Positions 19,645 to 28,914 of a stretch of DNA of 41,552 bases are shown piece after piece. Each line of letters starts with the position of its first letter. Position 1 is the stretch's first letter. Origin of the DNA: an uncultured Thiohalobacter sp. (lineage in GTDB: Bacteria; Pseudomonadota; Gammaproteobacteria; DSM-19610). Both the position numbers and the translations under genes were made by a program. Where the stretch lies: the NCBI GenBank assembly GCA_964625255.1, contig CAZVBD010000003.1, forward strand, positions 1 to 41,552, read 5' to 3'. The notes under the pieces are model-generated. The model was not told the origin of the DNA. It ran no database searches and saw only the letters and a list, made by a program, of their open reading frames with translations.

Positions 19645-22227
19645 TCAGCCTGTTTTGCGTGGACTGTTCACCCGTTCGCGGAGCGTTTCCAGCGCCGCAT
19701 CTGTTGCCTGATGCAAGGCCTTGAGCTGATCGACACCATCGCTCAGGAAGTCCTGCTCAGGCATATTCTGCATCTGTGTGCTCAATGCCGCCAGCTGTTG
19801 TAGACCGAGGTACATAGCAGCGCCCTTCAATGCATGCGCACTGTCACGGAATACTATCCAGTCATGATCAGCCACGGCAGATTCAAGCGCTCGCAAATCA
19901 CGATTGGCATCACCTTCAAAGTTGGTGATGATATCGCGCATAAACTGGTCATCACCGTCACCAAGTAATTCCAGTTTTTCGAATTCCTCGGTATCAATAA
20001 CCGGTAATTTTTCAATGGCGGAAACACTTGTATCCGTGGTCATAGTATTTACTACACTTCCCTGATGCTCGTCTCGCAGGGTATCAGTCAATACCTCCTG
20101 CAAACGTGACAGGGATACCGGTTTGGTCAGAAAATGTCGGATGCCCGCCAAAGCGCAGGCATCTCGCGATTCCTGCGTAGCATCGGCCGTAAGAATAACA
20201 AATGAAAGATTCGACGACAGGCCATGCGCCATGGAAAATGCCGAATAAACTTCAAGACCACCCATGTCAGGCATATTTTTGTCGACAATGGCGACATCGT
20301 AGTCCGACTCCTCCAGCGAAAGTAATACAGCCTCACCACCATCTACAGCCACGCACTGATGTCCAAGCTGTTCAAGCATACGCTGCAAAACAATGCGGTT
20401 TGTCGCATTGTCATCCCCGATAAGCACCTTGAATTGACGCCCCATATCCTTACTCACACGTTGTCGCGAGGCGATATGAATCACATCATCTTCCGTACTG
20501 TGACGCGAATAGCAGGCGTGCAGCACGTTGAAAAGTACCCGTCTGTCCAGTGGCTGGCTCAAAACAAAGAAATGATCGCGCGTACACCCCACAATCTCCG
20601 GTGGATAGTGCTCTCCCCCCAGCAGGGCAACAGGCAGTGCCTCAGATGCTGCATCGCCCGCATACTCTGTCAGCAACGCATCAAGCTCCGGACCATAAGG
20701 GACTCCATCAATCAGCAGTGCATCAACAGCCTGCCCTGCTGCCCGCATCTCGCTAACCCGCTGCCGGCATACCTCGATACTGCTAACGACACTAAATGGC
20801 ATCTCCCAACCACTCAGGTTCTCCAGCAGCTCACCACCACTGGCATCGTCATGCCGCAGGCAGATAACCCTGCAGTTGCGAGTCCAGGCACTAATCTCAT
20901 CCTTCTCTGACAGGTCAACAACTCTGAAGGGAAGATCAAACCAGAAGGTTGTCCCAACTCCCGGCGTGCTCTGCACGCCGATTTCGCCACCCATCAGGCT
21001 AACCAGATGTTTACAAATCGTTGTGCCCAGACCCGTACCACCGTGCCGACGGGCTATCGTGCTATCGGCCTGGGCAAAAGGCTCAAAAATCTGATCCAGA
21101 CGATTTTCTGCGATACCCGTACCCGTATCGGCGACTTCGAAGCGCAAAACCACATCCCCACCCTGCTCTTCCCGGGGATGAACCCGCAGAGAGACAAAAC
21201 CCTTGTCGGTAAATTTCAATGCATTACCGACAAGATTGATAATGACTTGTCGAAGCTTGTGAGGATCACCAAATAGCAGGAAAGGGGTACTGGGATTAAT
21301 GGTTTCCTGCAAAGCGATATGTTTCTCGACGGCTTGGGCTTCAAATATACGCAAAGTCGTATTGATCAGCGCGAACAGGTCAAACTCGACTCCCTCCAGA
21401 TCAAGCTGGCCTGACTCGATTTTGGACAGATCAAGTATGTCATCGATCTGATGGGCAAGTGTCTTGCCGGACGCATAGATAGTCTCGACATACTCGCAAT
21501 CAACAGGATCCAGTGGTCGGCTTCGCAACAGCTCTGTCATGCCGAGAATACCATTGAGTGGCGTACGTATTTCATGCGACATGCGGGAAAGAAAATCACT
21601 TTTGGCGCGACTGGCCTGATCAGCCTGTTGTTTCGCCTCGTTAAGACGGCGAATAAGAACCGAGGAATAAGCGGGTATAACAAGCAACGTCAAAGCAAGA
21701 CCAATGGCCAGCTCTCTGTGGCTAATCCAGTATTCGGTCGTAAATGAGACCGTCACAAACCCCACCAGTGATGCGGCGCCTGAAACATAAAGATATTTTT
21801 CGCTGTATCTGAATCCGTTACCGAGCGTGACCCACAAATACACACCATACCAGGGCGCACCCGCTGGCCCCGTCAGATAGAGTCCATAGCTCAGTGCAAA
21901 AATATCTGCCAGTATGCTTGCCACACGTCGGGATGCCGATGGTGCTGGCCAAACCAGTGTCGAAATGAAGAATAGTGTGGAGAAAACCAGGAAACAGGAG
22001 ATAAACACCACACCGGTATGCCACAAGGCTTGCCCCGCCTCTGTGCCCGGCCAATCGAACAGCAAATAACACAAAAAGGTGAGCGGAATAATAATACGCA
22101 GTAATCCCTGCTCCTGGTCAGGCGTACCTTTCCAGCCTATCGCGGACAACCAGGGAGGAATTCCGGTGTCAGGTACTTCGCGACCCTTGTTTAATTCGCC
22201 GCCGGCTAACACGTGTACCTGCTCCAT
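19645..22227 (-). CDS. rpfC: DSF sensor hybrid histidine kinase RpfC (5TM-HisKA-HATPase-pseudoREC-REC-HPt)
   Basis: RpfC-like sensor (EQGLLRIII, YLWVTLGNGFRY), SHEIRTPLNG, NALKFT, GGTGLG, REC DDNATNR...DKNMP...TKP, HPt AHALKG. Confidence 0.88.
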   Translation of the reverse strand: MEQVHVLAGGELNKGREVPDTGIPPWLSAIGWKGTPDQEQGLLRIIIPLTFLCYLLFDWPGTEAGQALWHTGVVFISCFLVFSTLFFISTLVWPAPSASRRVASILADIFALSYGLYLTGPAGAPWYGVYLWVTLGNGFRYSEKYLYVSGAASLVGFVTVSFTTEYWISHRELAIGLALTLLVIPAYSSVLIRRLNEAKQQADQASRAKSDFLSRMSHEIRTPLNGILGMTELLRSRPLDPVDCEYVETIYASGKTLAHQIDDILDLSKIESGQLDLEGVEFDLFALINTTLRIFEAQAVEKHIALQETINPSTPFLLFGDPHKLRQVIINLVGNALKFTDKGFVSLRVHPREEQGGDVVLRFEVADTGTGIAENRLDQIFEPFAQADSTIARRHGGTGLGTTICKHLVSLMGGEIGVQSTPGVGTTFWFDLPFRVVDLSEKDEISAWTRNCRVICLRHDDASGGELLENLSGWEMPFSVVSSIEVCRQRVSEMRAAGQAVDALLIDGVPYGPELDALLTEYAGDAASEALPVALLGGEHYPPEIVGCTRDHFFVLSQPLDRRVLFNVLHACYSRHSTEDDVIHIASRQRVSKDMGRQFKVLIGDDNATNRIVLQRMLEQLGHQCVAVDGGEAVLLSLEESDYDVAIVDKNMPDMGGLEVYSAFSMAHGLSSNLSFVILTADATQESRDACALAGIRHFLTKPVSLSRLQEVLTDTLRDEHQGSVVNTMTTDTSVSAIEKLPVIDTEEFEKLELLGDGDDQFMRDIITNFEGDANRDLRALESAVADHDWIVFRDSAHALKGAAMYLGLQQLAALSTQMQNMPEQDFLSDGVDQLKALHQATDAALETLRERVNSPRKTG

Positions 22228-22298
22228 CGAGAAAAGAGATTACTGTGCTGGGCTGTAGCGGCCGCATGACAAAAATGCTTTAATTAGACGAAGCTATA

Positions 22299-22559
22299 AT
22301 GGGGAAGTGGATAGTGAAAGTTGAAAATGCATTAGTAGAGATAATAACCCGGGAACGAAAATGCTCCCCTGAAGATGTGTTGGTGGAAACACAATTAAGT
22401 GAGCTGGGTATAGATTCCCTGCAAGCCATTACCATTCTTTATGAACTTGAAGAACGTTTTGAAATAGAAATTCCCAATGAACTGATGGAAAACCTTGAAA
22501 CAGTAGGAGATATTGTTTCGGCCATCAACCAGATCAGGCAGGAAGGCGCAAAAAACTAG
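22299..22559 (+). CDS. acyl carrier protein (NodF-like)
   Basis: Phosphopantetheine site LGIDSL, LEERFEIEIP...TVGDIV. 2 nt upstream of the ketosynthase. Confidence 0.9.
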   Translation: MGKWIVKVENALVEIITRERKCSPEDVLVETQLSELGIDSLQAITILYELEERFEIEIPNELMENLETVGDIVSAINQIRQEGAKN

Positions 22560-22561
22560 AC

Positions 22562-23776
22562 ATGCAGGAACGCGTTGTCATTACCGGCCTCGGCGCCATA
22601 TGTGGACCGGGGCACACGGCAAAACAATTCTGGGAGACGTTGCTCAACGGCACCTCGGCCATTGCTCCGCTGGGTACACAGTGGGAAGGGTCGAAAATCC
22701 GCATCGGAGCACTTGTCAGGGACTACGACCCTGCAGCCCATTTCGCACCGGACAAACTTCCTCTTCTTGATCGTTTCTCACAGTTTGCCGTCATCGCCGC
22801 CACCGAAGCGCTGATGGACGCCGGACTGAAGTCACACAGTAGTGCAACGCAACGCGCAGCTGCCATCATAGGCACCGGGTGTGGAGGGAAGCAGACCGAC
22901 GAGGAAACCTATCTCCACTTGTACAAAAATGGACGACCCCGCGCTCACCCGCTGACCATTCCAAAAGGCATGCCCAGTGCAGCCGCCTGCCAGGTCAGCC
23001 TGAACCTCGGGATTGGAGGTCCTGTTTTCTCAGTCGCCAGTGCCTGTGCCTCGGGCGCACATGCCATCATACAGGCTTCCCTGATGATCCAGTCCGGACT
23101 GGTGGATGTCGCGCTCGCCGGAGGGTCAGACACGCCGTTCACTTATGGTCTTCTGAAATCTTGGGAGGCATTAAGGGTTGTTTCAAATGATACCTGCAGA
23201 CCTTTCTCCGCTAATCGCTCCGGTATGGTGCTGGGCGAAGGTGCCGGTATGCTGGTGCTTGAGTCGGAAAGTCATGCACTCAAACGGGGGGCTCGTATCT
23301 ATGCCGAACTGGCCGGGTTTGGCATGTCATCCGACTCAGCACATATAACCCGACCTGACGTAAATGGCATCATATCAGCTATGCAACAGGCCCTGCAGCG
23401 CGCAGATATTTCCGCTGAATCAGTCTCCTACGTCAACGCCCACGGCACTGGTACTGCGGCCAACGATAAAACCGAAACCGAGGCTTTGCATAAAACGTTC
23501 GGCCAGCATGCTCGCTCACTCGCCATCTCATCAACCAAATCAATGCATGGCCACGCGCTGGGCGCATCCAGCGCCCTGGAACTGATTGCGACTACACTCG
23601 CCATCCATCACCAGATCGCCCCACCGACGGCCAACTTCACGGGAGCCGATGAAGACTGTGACCTGGACTATATCCCGAACAAGGCACGCCCCCTGCCAAT
23701 CAATGTGGCAATATCGAATGCATTCGCATTCGGGGGACTCAACGCGGTCACGGTATTAAAAAAACCGAATCTTTGA
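22562..23776 (+). CDS. beta-ketoacyl-ACP synthase II family, NodE-like
   Basis: Cys-His-His triad (SACASG, NAHGTGT, KSMHGH). NodE-like segments PKGMPSAAA and LKSWEALRV..DTCRPFSA.R.G.VLGEGAGM. Confidence 0.9.
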   Translation: MQERVVITGLGAICGPGHTAKQFWETLLNGTSAIAPLGTQWEGSKIRIGALVRDYDPAAHFAPDKLPLLDRFSQFAVIAATEALMDAGLKSHSSATQRAAAIIGTGCGGKQTDEETYLHLYKNGRPRAHPLTIPKGMPSAAACQVSLNLGIGGPVFSVASACASGAHAIIQASLMIQSGLVDVALAGGSDTPFTYGLLKSWEALRVVSNDTCRPFSANRSGMVLGEGAGMLVLESESHALKRGARIYAELAGFGMSSDSAHITRPDVNGIISAMQQALQRADISAESVSYVNAHGTGTAANDKTETEALHKTFGQHARSLAISSTKSMHGHALGASSALELIATTLAIHHQIAPPTANFTGADEDCDLDYIPNKARPLPINVAISNAFAFGGLNAVTVLKKPNL

Positions 23777-23778
23777 AC

Positions 23779-24849
23779 TCAGCCTTTCAATTTGAACAAA
23801 TAGTGGCTATTCCCGTAGAAATGTCCATCCATAGGGGCAAACATAGCCTTGCACAGTGAAAAATAATTATTCCAGTGTGCTATCTGTTCATGATCGAACG
23901 TCGTCTGATACAGCGCTGGTAAACTGTGCCAATAGCGACGATGCCACTCATCCAGCGTCCGCCAGTAATTCAACCCGTTCACAAACCAGGTTTCGCACGT
24001 ATCAAAGTGATCTGTGTACCCGGCAAATTCCGCGTGAGGCCAGACGCGCCCCCCCGGGAAATAGAGTCCTATGCGTGTCTTGTCAGGGTTCAGAAACTGG
24101 GGAATTGCAGCCTGTGACGTTATAAAATGGTGGAACGTTCTGCCGCCCGGCAACAACAGCGAAGCAATCTTTTCCAGCACTGCCCGCATATTGATAACCT
24201 GTTCAAATACGGCCACGGAAATCACCAGATTGTACTGACGCCCTCCCAGGGCATTGACATCAAGCTGGTCGAAAGCACCTTCTATCAGGGTCAGCCGGTC
24301 AGAACAAAGGGGGTCGGAAGGGTCCTGCATGCGCCCCCTGATATGCGCAAGTTGAACCTTGCTCGGGGTGATGCTGACGATTTCCAGCTCTGGATACTGT
24401 TTCAGCAAATAGGTTTCCAACGACCCAAAGCCACAACCAATATTGAACACCTTCTCATCACCACGGATTCCTGCACGTTCCGCAATCAGAGCAAATTTGG
24501 CTTCTTGCGCCTGTTCGAGGGTCGCTGTAGAGTTTCTGACATCTTCGGGTGACTCACCATAATAAGCCATGGAGTAGGCTCGATATTGTGTATCGAGGAA
24601 CCCTGAGAAAAAATCCTGCTGCTCATCATAGTGCTGTTCCATTAGCGCTTCAGTCTCTTCCATCACGGGACCCTCATCGGTCGCAACACCATAATCCCGG
24701 GGAACAGACGTGGAATCCTCGTAGCGGGCATATTCCCGCTCAAAGAAACGTGTCAACCTGCGCTCGTAAAGCCGCATTTCACTGGTTTCAGGCCCAAATA
24801 TGCCTTCTTGATGAAGACGCGCCACAATATCTGTTTCCACTCCGATCAT
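23779..24849 (-). CDS. class I SAM-dependent methyltransferase, cyclopropane-fatty-acid synthase (CMAS)/CNMT-like family
   Basis: HYD...FLD...YSMAYY, TLEQAQEAK, NIGCGFGS, ISVAVFEQV, YFPGG, W.VNG.NY.RTLDEW. Start set at ATG 24849 after GGAGG. Confidence 0.8.
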   Translation of the reverse strand: MIGVETDIVARLHQEGIFGPETSEMRLYERRLTRFFEREYARYEDSTSVPRDYGVATDEGPVMEETEALMEQHYDEQQDFFSGFLDTQYRAYSMAYYGESPEDVRNSTATLEQAQEAKFALIAERAGIRGDEKVFNIGCGFGSLETYLLKQYPELEIVSITPSKVQLAHIRGRMQDPSDPLCSDRLTLIEGAFDQLDVNALGGRQYNLVISVAVFEQVINMRAVLEKIASLLLPGGRTFHHFITSQAAIPQFLNPDKTRIGLYFPGGRVWPHAEFAGYTDHFDTCETWFVNGLNYWRTLDEWHRRYWHSLPALYQTTFDHEQIAHWNNYFSLCKAMFAPMDGHFYGNSHYLFKLKG

Positions 24850-25104
24850 CACCCCTCCAGAAAATGTTAAACTGCCAGTAACTGCTCGCAAAGCGATGAT
24901 AACACCATCAAAAAGCAACTTAACCCATGGACGGGTCAAGACAGGATAGATTTTGTCGTAAATCCCGGCTTATATCCGACACAGAGACCGAAATAAGCCC
25001 GGTTGCAACTATATCTCAATCATGGAAGCCTGATGCCGATAGACTCACCGCAACAAGACGTCTATCAATAAACAGGCACTGTCGAAGAGCAACCACAACG
25101 CACT

Positions 25105-26169
25105 ATGGCCACTGTACTCGTCATCGATGATCAGGCAACAAGCCGTCAGATCCTTACCCAGATCGTCAGGTCAATTGACGGACTGCTGGAAGTCAAATCT
25201 TTTGACAGCGCCCAACCGGCTCTGAACTGGCTGCGTGACAGACCTGCCGACCTGATTCTCACTGACTACAAGATGCCCGGCATGAACGGCATCGAATTTC
25301 TCGAACAGGCACGCGCTATCCCGCAGATCCGTAGCGTCCCCGTCGTGATGATTACCTCGCATGAACAAACAGAGATCCGCTACCGCGCACTGGAACTGGG
25401 CGCGACGGATTTCATCAATAAACCGATCGACCACGCCGAGTGCCGCGCCCGCTTCCGTAACCTGCTGCAGCTTCAGCGTCAAAGGTTGATCATCGAGGAT
25501 CGCGCCAACTGGCTGGAAGAACAGGTACGGGCTGCCACCCACGCCATCCGCGTACGCGAACATGAAACTCTGCTTCGCCTCGCCAAGGCCGGCGAATACC
25601 GTGATGAAGAAACCGGTAACCACGTTATTCGCATGGCACGTTTCGCCCGTGTTATTGCGGAAACCCTGGGGGTTGATGAAACCGAATGTGAAAGCATCGA
25701 ACTCTCTGCACCAATGCACGATATCGGTAAAATCGGCATCCCTGACCAGATCCTGCTCAAGCCCGGCAAACTCACCACCGAGGAGTTCGAGGTCATCAAG
25801 CAACACACGGTGATCGGATACGAGATACTCAGGGACAGCCCTTCAAAGTACCTGAGAATGGGCGCGGAGATCGCTCTGGGGCATCACGAAAAATTTGATG
25901 GCAAGGGCTATCCCCAGGGACTCATAGGCGAAGCTATTCCCCTGCCCGCCCGTATTGTCGCTGTAGCCGATGTATTCGATGCCCTGACATCACGTCGCTG
26001 CTACAAACCGGCATGGCGTGAACAGGATGTACTGAGTCTGATGGTTAGTGAAAGCGGCAAACATTTTGACCCGCAATGTATCGATGCTTTTCTCAGTCAG
26101 CTCAATCGTATAAAAAGGATACGCGCCTCGTTATCTGACGATGACAACAGGAAGCAGGAAGCCACATAA
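25105..26169 (+). CDS. rpfG: REC + HD-GYP c-di-GMP phosphodiesterase RpfG
   Basis: VIDDQ...DYKMPGMNG.EF...KPI...RAR.RNLLQL (RpfG-like), MHDIGKIGIPD, HHEKFDGKGYP, VADVFDAL. Confidence 0.88.
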   Translation: MATVLVIDDQATSRQILTQIVRSIDGLLEVKSFDSAQPALNWLRDRPADLILTDYKMPGMNGIEFLEQARAIPQIRSVPVVMITSHEQTEIRYRALELGATDFINKPIDHAECRARFRNLLQLQRQRLIIEDRANWLEEQVRAATHAIRVREHETLLRLAKAGEYRDEETGNHVIRMARFARVIAETLGVDETECESIELSAPMHDIGKIGIPDQILLKPGKLTTEEFEVIKQHTVIGYEILRDSPSKYLRMGAEIALGHHEKFDGKGYPQGLIGEAIPLPARIVAVADVFDALTSRRCYKPAWREQDVLSLMVSESGKHFDPQCIDAFLSQLNRIKRIRASLSDDDNRKQEAT

Positions 26170-26197
26170 CACCTGCGAGAAACACCCGAACCCGGAC

Positions 26198-27316
26198 TCA
26201 ACACCCCCCAGTCGACTCACTGAACCGTGGCACCCGTGATGTCACTCCGCACAGCAGCGCATAGCTGATTGTTCCAGCGGCTTCGGCCACCACATCCACC
26301 GGGAGTCCCTGCCCCCACAGCTCGACAACATCACCCACGCCAGCTTGCGGCTGCTGGCGCAGATCGACACAAAGCATGTCCATGGACACACGTCCGATGA
26401 GGGATACTGGTTCATTATTGACCAACAAGGGGGTACCGGATGGTGCATGACGTGGGTAACCATCACCGTATCCGGCTGCCACTACCCCAATCGGCATATC
26501 TTCCGGACAGATCCAGGTCTGCCCGTAGCCGACCGCATCACCCTGGCGGCAATGATGGACGGCGATCAGTTCGGAGGTCAGTGTCATCACCGGGCGCAAT
26601 TCAACCGGCACGGCCTGCCCGGCTGCCATCGGTGATGCGCCGTACAGCATGATACCGGGACGCACCCAGTCCAGGTGACTGGACGGCCGACTGAGGAGTG
26701 CTGCGGAATTTGCCAGTGAACAGGGTGCCTCACGCTGCGCACTCAGCTCACGGAAAACAGCCTCCTGATCTGCATTTGCGACATGTTGAGGCTCATCAGC
26801 ACAGGCAAAGTGCGACATCCAGCGTTGCGCTGTTACCTGTGGCATGGCTGCCAGACGATCCCAGGCGGCAAGAGCCTCACCCGGGGCGAACCCCAGACGG
26901 TTCATACCGGTGTTGACCTTGAGCCAGACCGTCAGGCCTGCTGCGTTATGCCCCGGAGCGCCTGTGCCTGGTACCTTGTCCAGTGCTTGCAGCCAGTCCA
27001 GTTGTGCCGCCTGATGCACGACCAGTTCAAAGTGGTGATCTACGACAGCTGCCAGCTCATCACTGGAGAACACACCCTCCAGCAACACAATCGGCTTTTC
27101 GACACCGGCTTCGCGTAATAACACCCCTTCTTCCAGACTGGCGACGGCAAAGCTATCCGCAGCCTCCAGCGCACCCGCCACAGCCAGCATGCCGTGGCCA
27201 TAACCATCCGCCTTGATCACAGCCATAACACGACTGTCCGGCGCCGCGCGGCATGCCTGGGAAAGATTGAACGTCAGGGCGGAAAGATCGATATGCGCCC
27301 GGACGGGACGCGTCAT
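26198..27316 (-). CDS. alr: alanine racemase
   Basis: AVIKADGYGHG (PLP Lys), TGMNRLG, GYGDGYPR, GRVSMDM. Confidence 0.97.
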   Translation of the reverse strand: MTRPVRAHIDLSALTFNLSQACRAAPDSRVMAVIKADGYGHGMLAVAGALEAADSFAVASLEEGVLLREAGVEKPIVLLEGVFSSDELAAVVDHHFELVVHQAAQLDWLQALDKVPGTGAPGHNAAGLTVWLKVNTGMNRLGFAPGEALAAWDRLAAMPQVTAQRWMSHFACADEPQHVANADQEAVFRELSAQREAPCSLANSAALLSRPSSHLDWVRPGIMLYGASPMAAGQAVPVELRPVMTLTSELIAVHHCRQGDAVGYGQTWICPEDMPIGVVAAGYGDGYPRHAPSGTPLLVNNEPVSLIGRVSMDMLCVDLRQQPQAGVGDVVELWGQGLPVDVVAEAAGTISYALLCGVTSRVPRFSESTGGC

Positions 27317-28716
27317 CCGCTGTAATCCTCGTTGGAATAGGACTGGATGGCGGTGAAGTTTTCAAAGCGTGTGTGCTGGCCGAGGAAGGTCAGACGACGC
27401 ATACCAATGGGACCATTACGCTGCTTGCTGATAATGATCTCCGCCGTACCCTTGTCGGGGCTGTCCTCGTCGTAGACCTCATCACGGTAGATAAACATGA
27501 TCACGTCGGCATCCTGCTCGATTGCGCCCGATTCGCGTAAATCCGACATCACTGGCCGCTTGTTGGGACGCTGTTCGAGACTGCGGTTGAGCTGTGACAG
27601 GGCAATCACCGGCACTTCCAGTTCTTTCGCCAGTGCTTTCAGTGAGCGGGATATTTCCGAGATTTCCCCGGTCCGGTTTTCATTGCTGCCGGGCACCTGC
27701 ATCAACTGGAGGTAATCGATAACAATCAACCCAAGATTGTGCTCGCGTTTCAGCCGTCGCGCCCGCGCACGTAACTCGGTGGGCGACAAGGCTGGCGTGT
27801 CATCGATAAACAACGGCGCTTTGGAAAGAATACTGACCGCCGAGGTCAGTCGTGGCCAGTCGTCATCATCGAGCTTGCCGGTACGCACCCTGGTCTGGTC
27901 GATACGACCGAGCGAAGACATCAGGCGCATGGCCAGTTGTTCGCCAGGCATTTCCATACTGAATACCGCAACGGGCACGTTATCTTTTATTGCAGCATGT
28001 TCGGCGATATTCATGGCAAACGATGTTTTACCCATGGAAGGTCGGCCGGCTACGATCACAAGGTCTGAAGCCTGCAGACCGGCGGTCATCTCATCGACAT
28101 CGGTAAACCCGGTCGATACACCGGTAAGTGGATTATCCTGATGAAACAGGGTATCAATACGGTCAACCGCACGTGCCAGCAGGTCCTTGATATCGTGAAA
28201 TCCTGAACCACGGGTAACGCCCTGGTCCGTTATACGAAATACCAGCTTCTCGGCATTGTCCAGCAACGAGGGCGTATCGCGCCCTTCCGTGTAGTAGGCG
28301 CTGTTGGCGATCTCGGTACCCACATCGGCCAACTGGCGCAGCACCGAGTTGTCGCGCACGATATTGGCGTAGGCTCGAATATTCGCCGCGCTCGGGGTAT
28401 CTTTCGCCAGCGTGCCCAGGTAGGCCAGCCCACCCACATCATCGAGCTGATCGTTGGACTCCAGCCATTCAGACAAGGTGATCACATCACAGGGGTCGCC
28501 GCGCTCGATCAGCGCATCGATGGCCGAAAACACAAGCCGGTGTTCACGACGGTAGAAATCAGGGCCGCTCAGAATATCCGCAATCTGGTCCCAGGCGCGG
28601 TTATCCAGTAGCAGACCGCCCAGCAGCGACTGCTCGGCCTGCACAGAATGCGGGGGGACCTTCTGACGATCAGCGTTAAACTCGACCGTGGCTGCGGATG
28701 AAACCGGTTCCGGCAT
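27313..28716 (-). CDS. dnaB: replicative DNA helicase
   Basis: PPHSVQAEQSLLGGL, GRPSMGKT, IDYLQL, SDLRESGAIEQDAD, KQRNGP. ATG 28716 with GGAGG. No intein. Confidence 0.98.
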   Translation of the reverse strand: MPEPVSSAATVEFNADRQKVPPHSVQAEQSLLGGLLLDNRAWDQIADILSGPDFYRREHRLVFSAIDALIERGDPCDVITLSEWLESNDQLDDVGGLAYLGTLAKDTPSAANIRAYANIVRDNSVLRQLADVGTEIANSAYYTEGRDTPSLLDNAEKLVFRITDQGVTRGSGFHDIKDLLARAVDRIDTLFHQDNPLTGVSTGFTDVDEMTAGLQASDLVIVAGRPSMGKTSFAMNIAEHAAIKDNVPVAVFSMEMPGEQLAMRLMSSLGRIDQTRVRTGKLDDDDWPRLTSAVSILSKAPLFIDDTPALSPTELRARARRLKREHNLGLIVIDYLQLMQVPGSNENRTGEISEISRSLKALAKELEVPVIALSQLNRSLEQRPNKRPVMSDLRESGAIEQDADVIMFIYRDEVYDEDSPDKGTAEIIISKQRNGPIGMRRLTFLGQHTRFENFTAIQSYSNEDYSG

Positions 28717-28868
28717 CTGCCCTCCAGGGCATGTTGTATTCAGCGTTAGCTCAGGAATTGAACTACGAGACTGACGCAGTCTAAAGCCAGTGACAGGCAC
28801 GCTCAAGCACGCAATTTGCGGGCCGGTGCGATAGCACAACAGACAATAATCGGGATGCCAGACAAAAC

Positions 28869-28900
28869 AACGCCTTGCCACGAGATCGCGGCAAGGCGTT
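28869..28900 (-). terminator. intrinsic terminator after rplI
   Basis: AACGCCTTGCC-N10-GGCAAGGCGTT; minus strand continues GTTTTGT. Confidence 0.75.
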
Positions 28901-28914
28901 ACAGAAACGAACGT

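Noticed and set aside
24954-25002. Inverted repeat GGCTTAT-N19-ATAAGCC in the divergent MT/rpfG spacer
   Set aside because: Only 7-bp arms, compatible with chance; might be an operator but unsupported.
28717-28881. 55-aa N-terminal extension of DnaB in the ORF track
   Set aside because: Begins inside the rplI terminator; ATG 28716 has a GGAGG and matches normal DnaB length.
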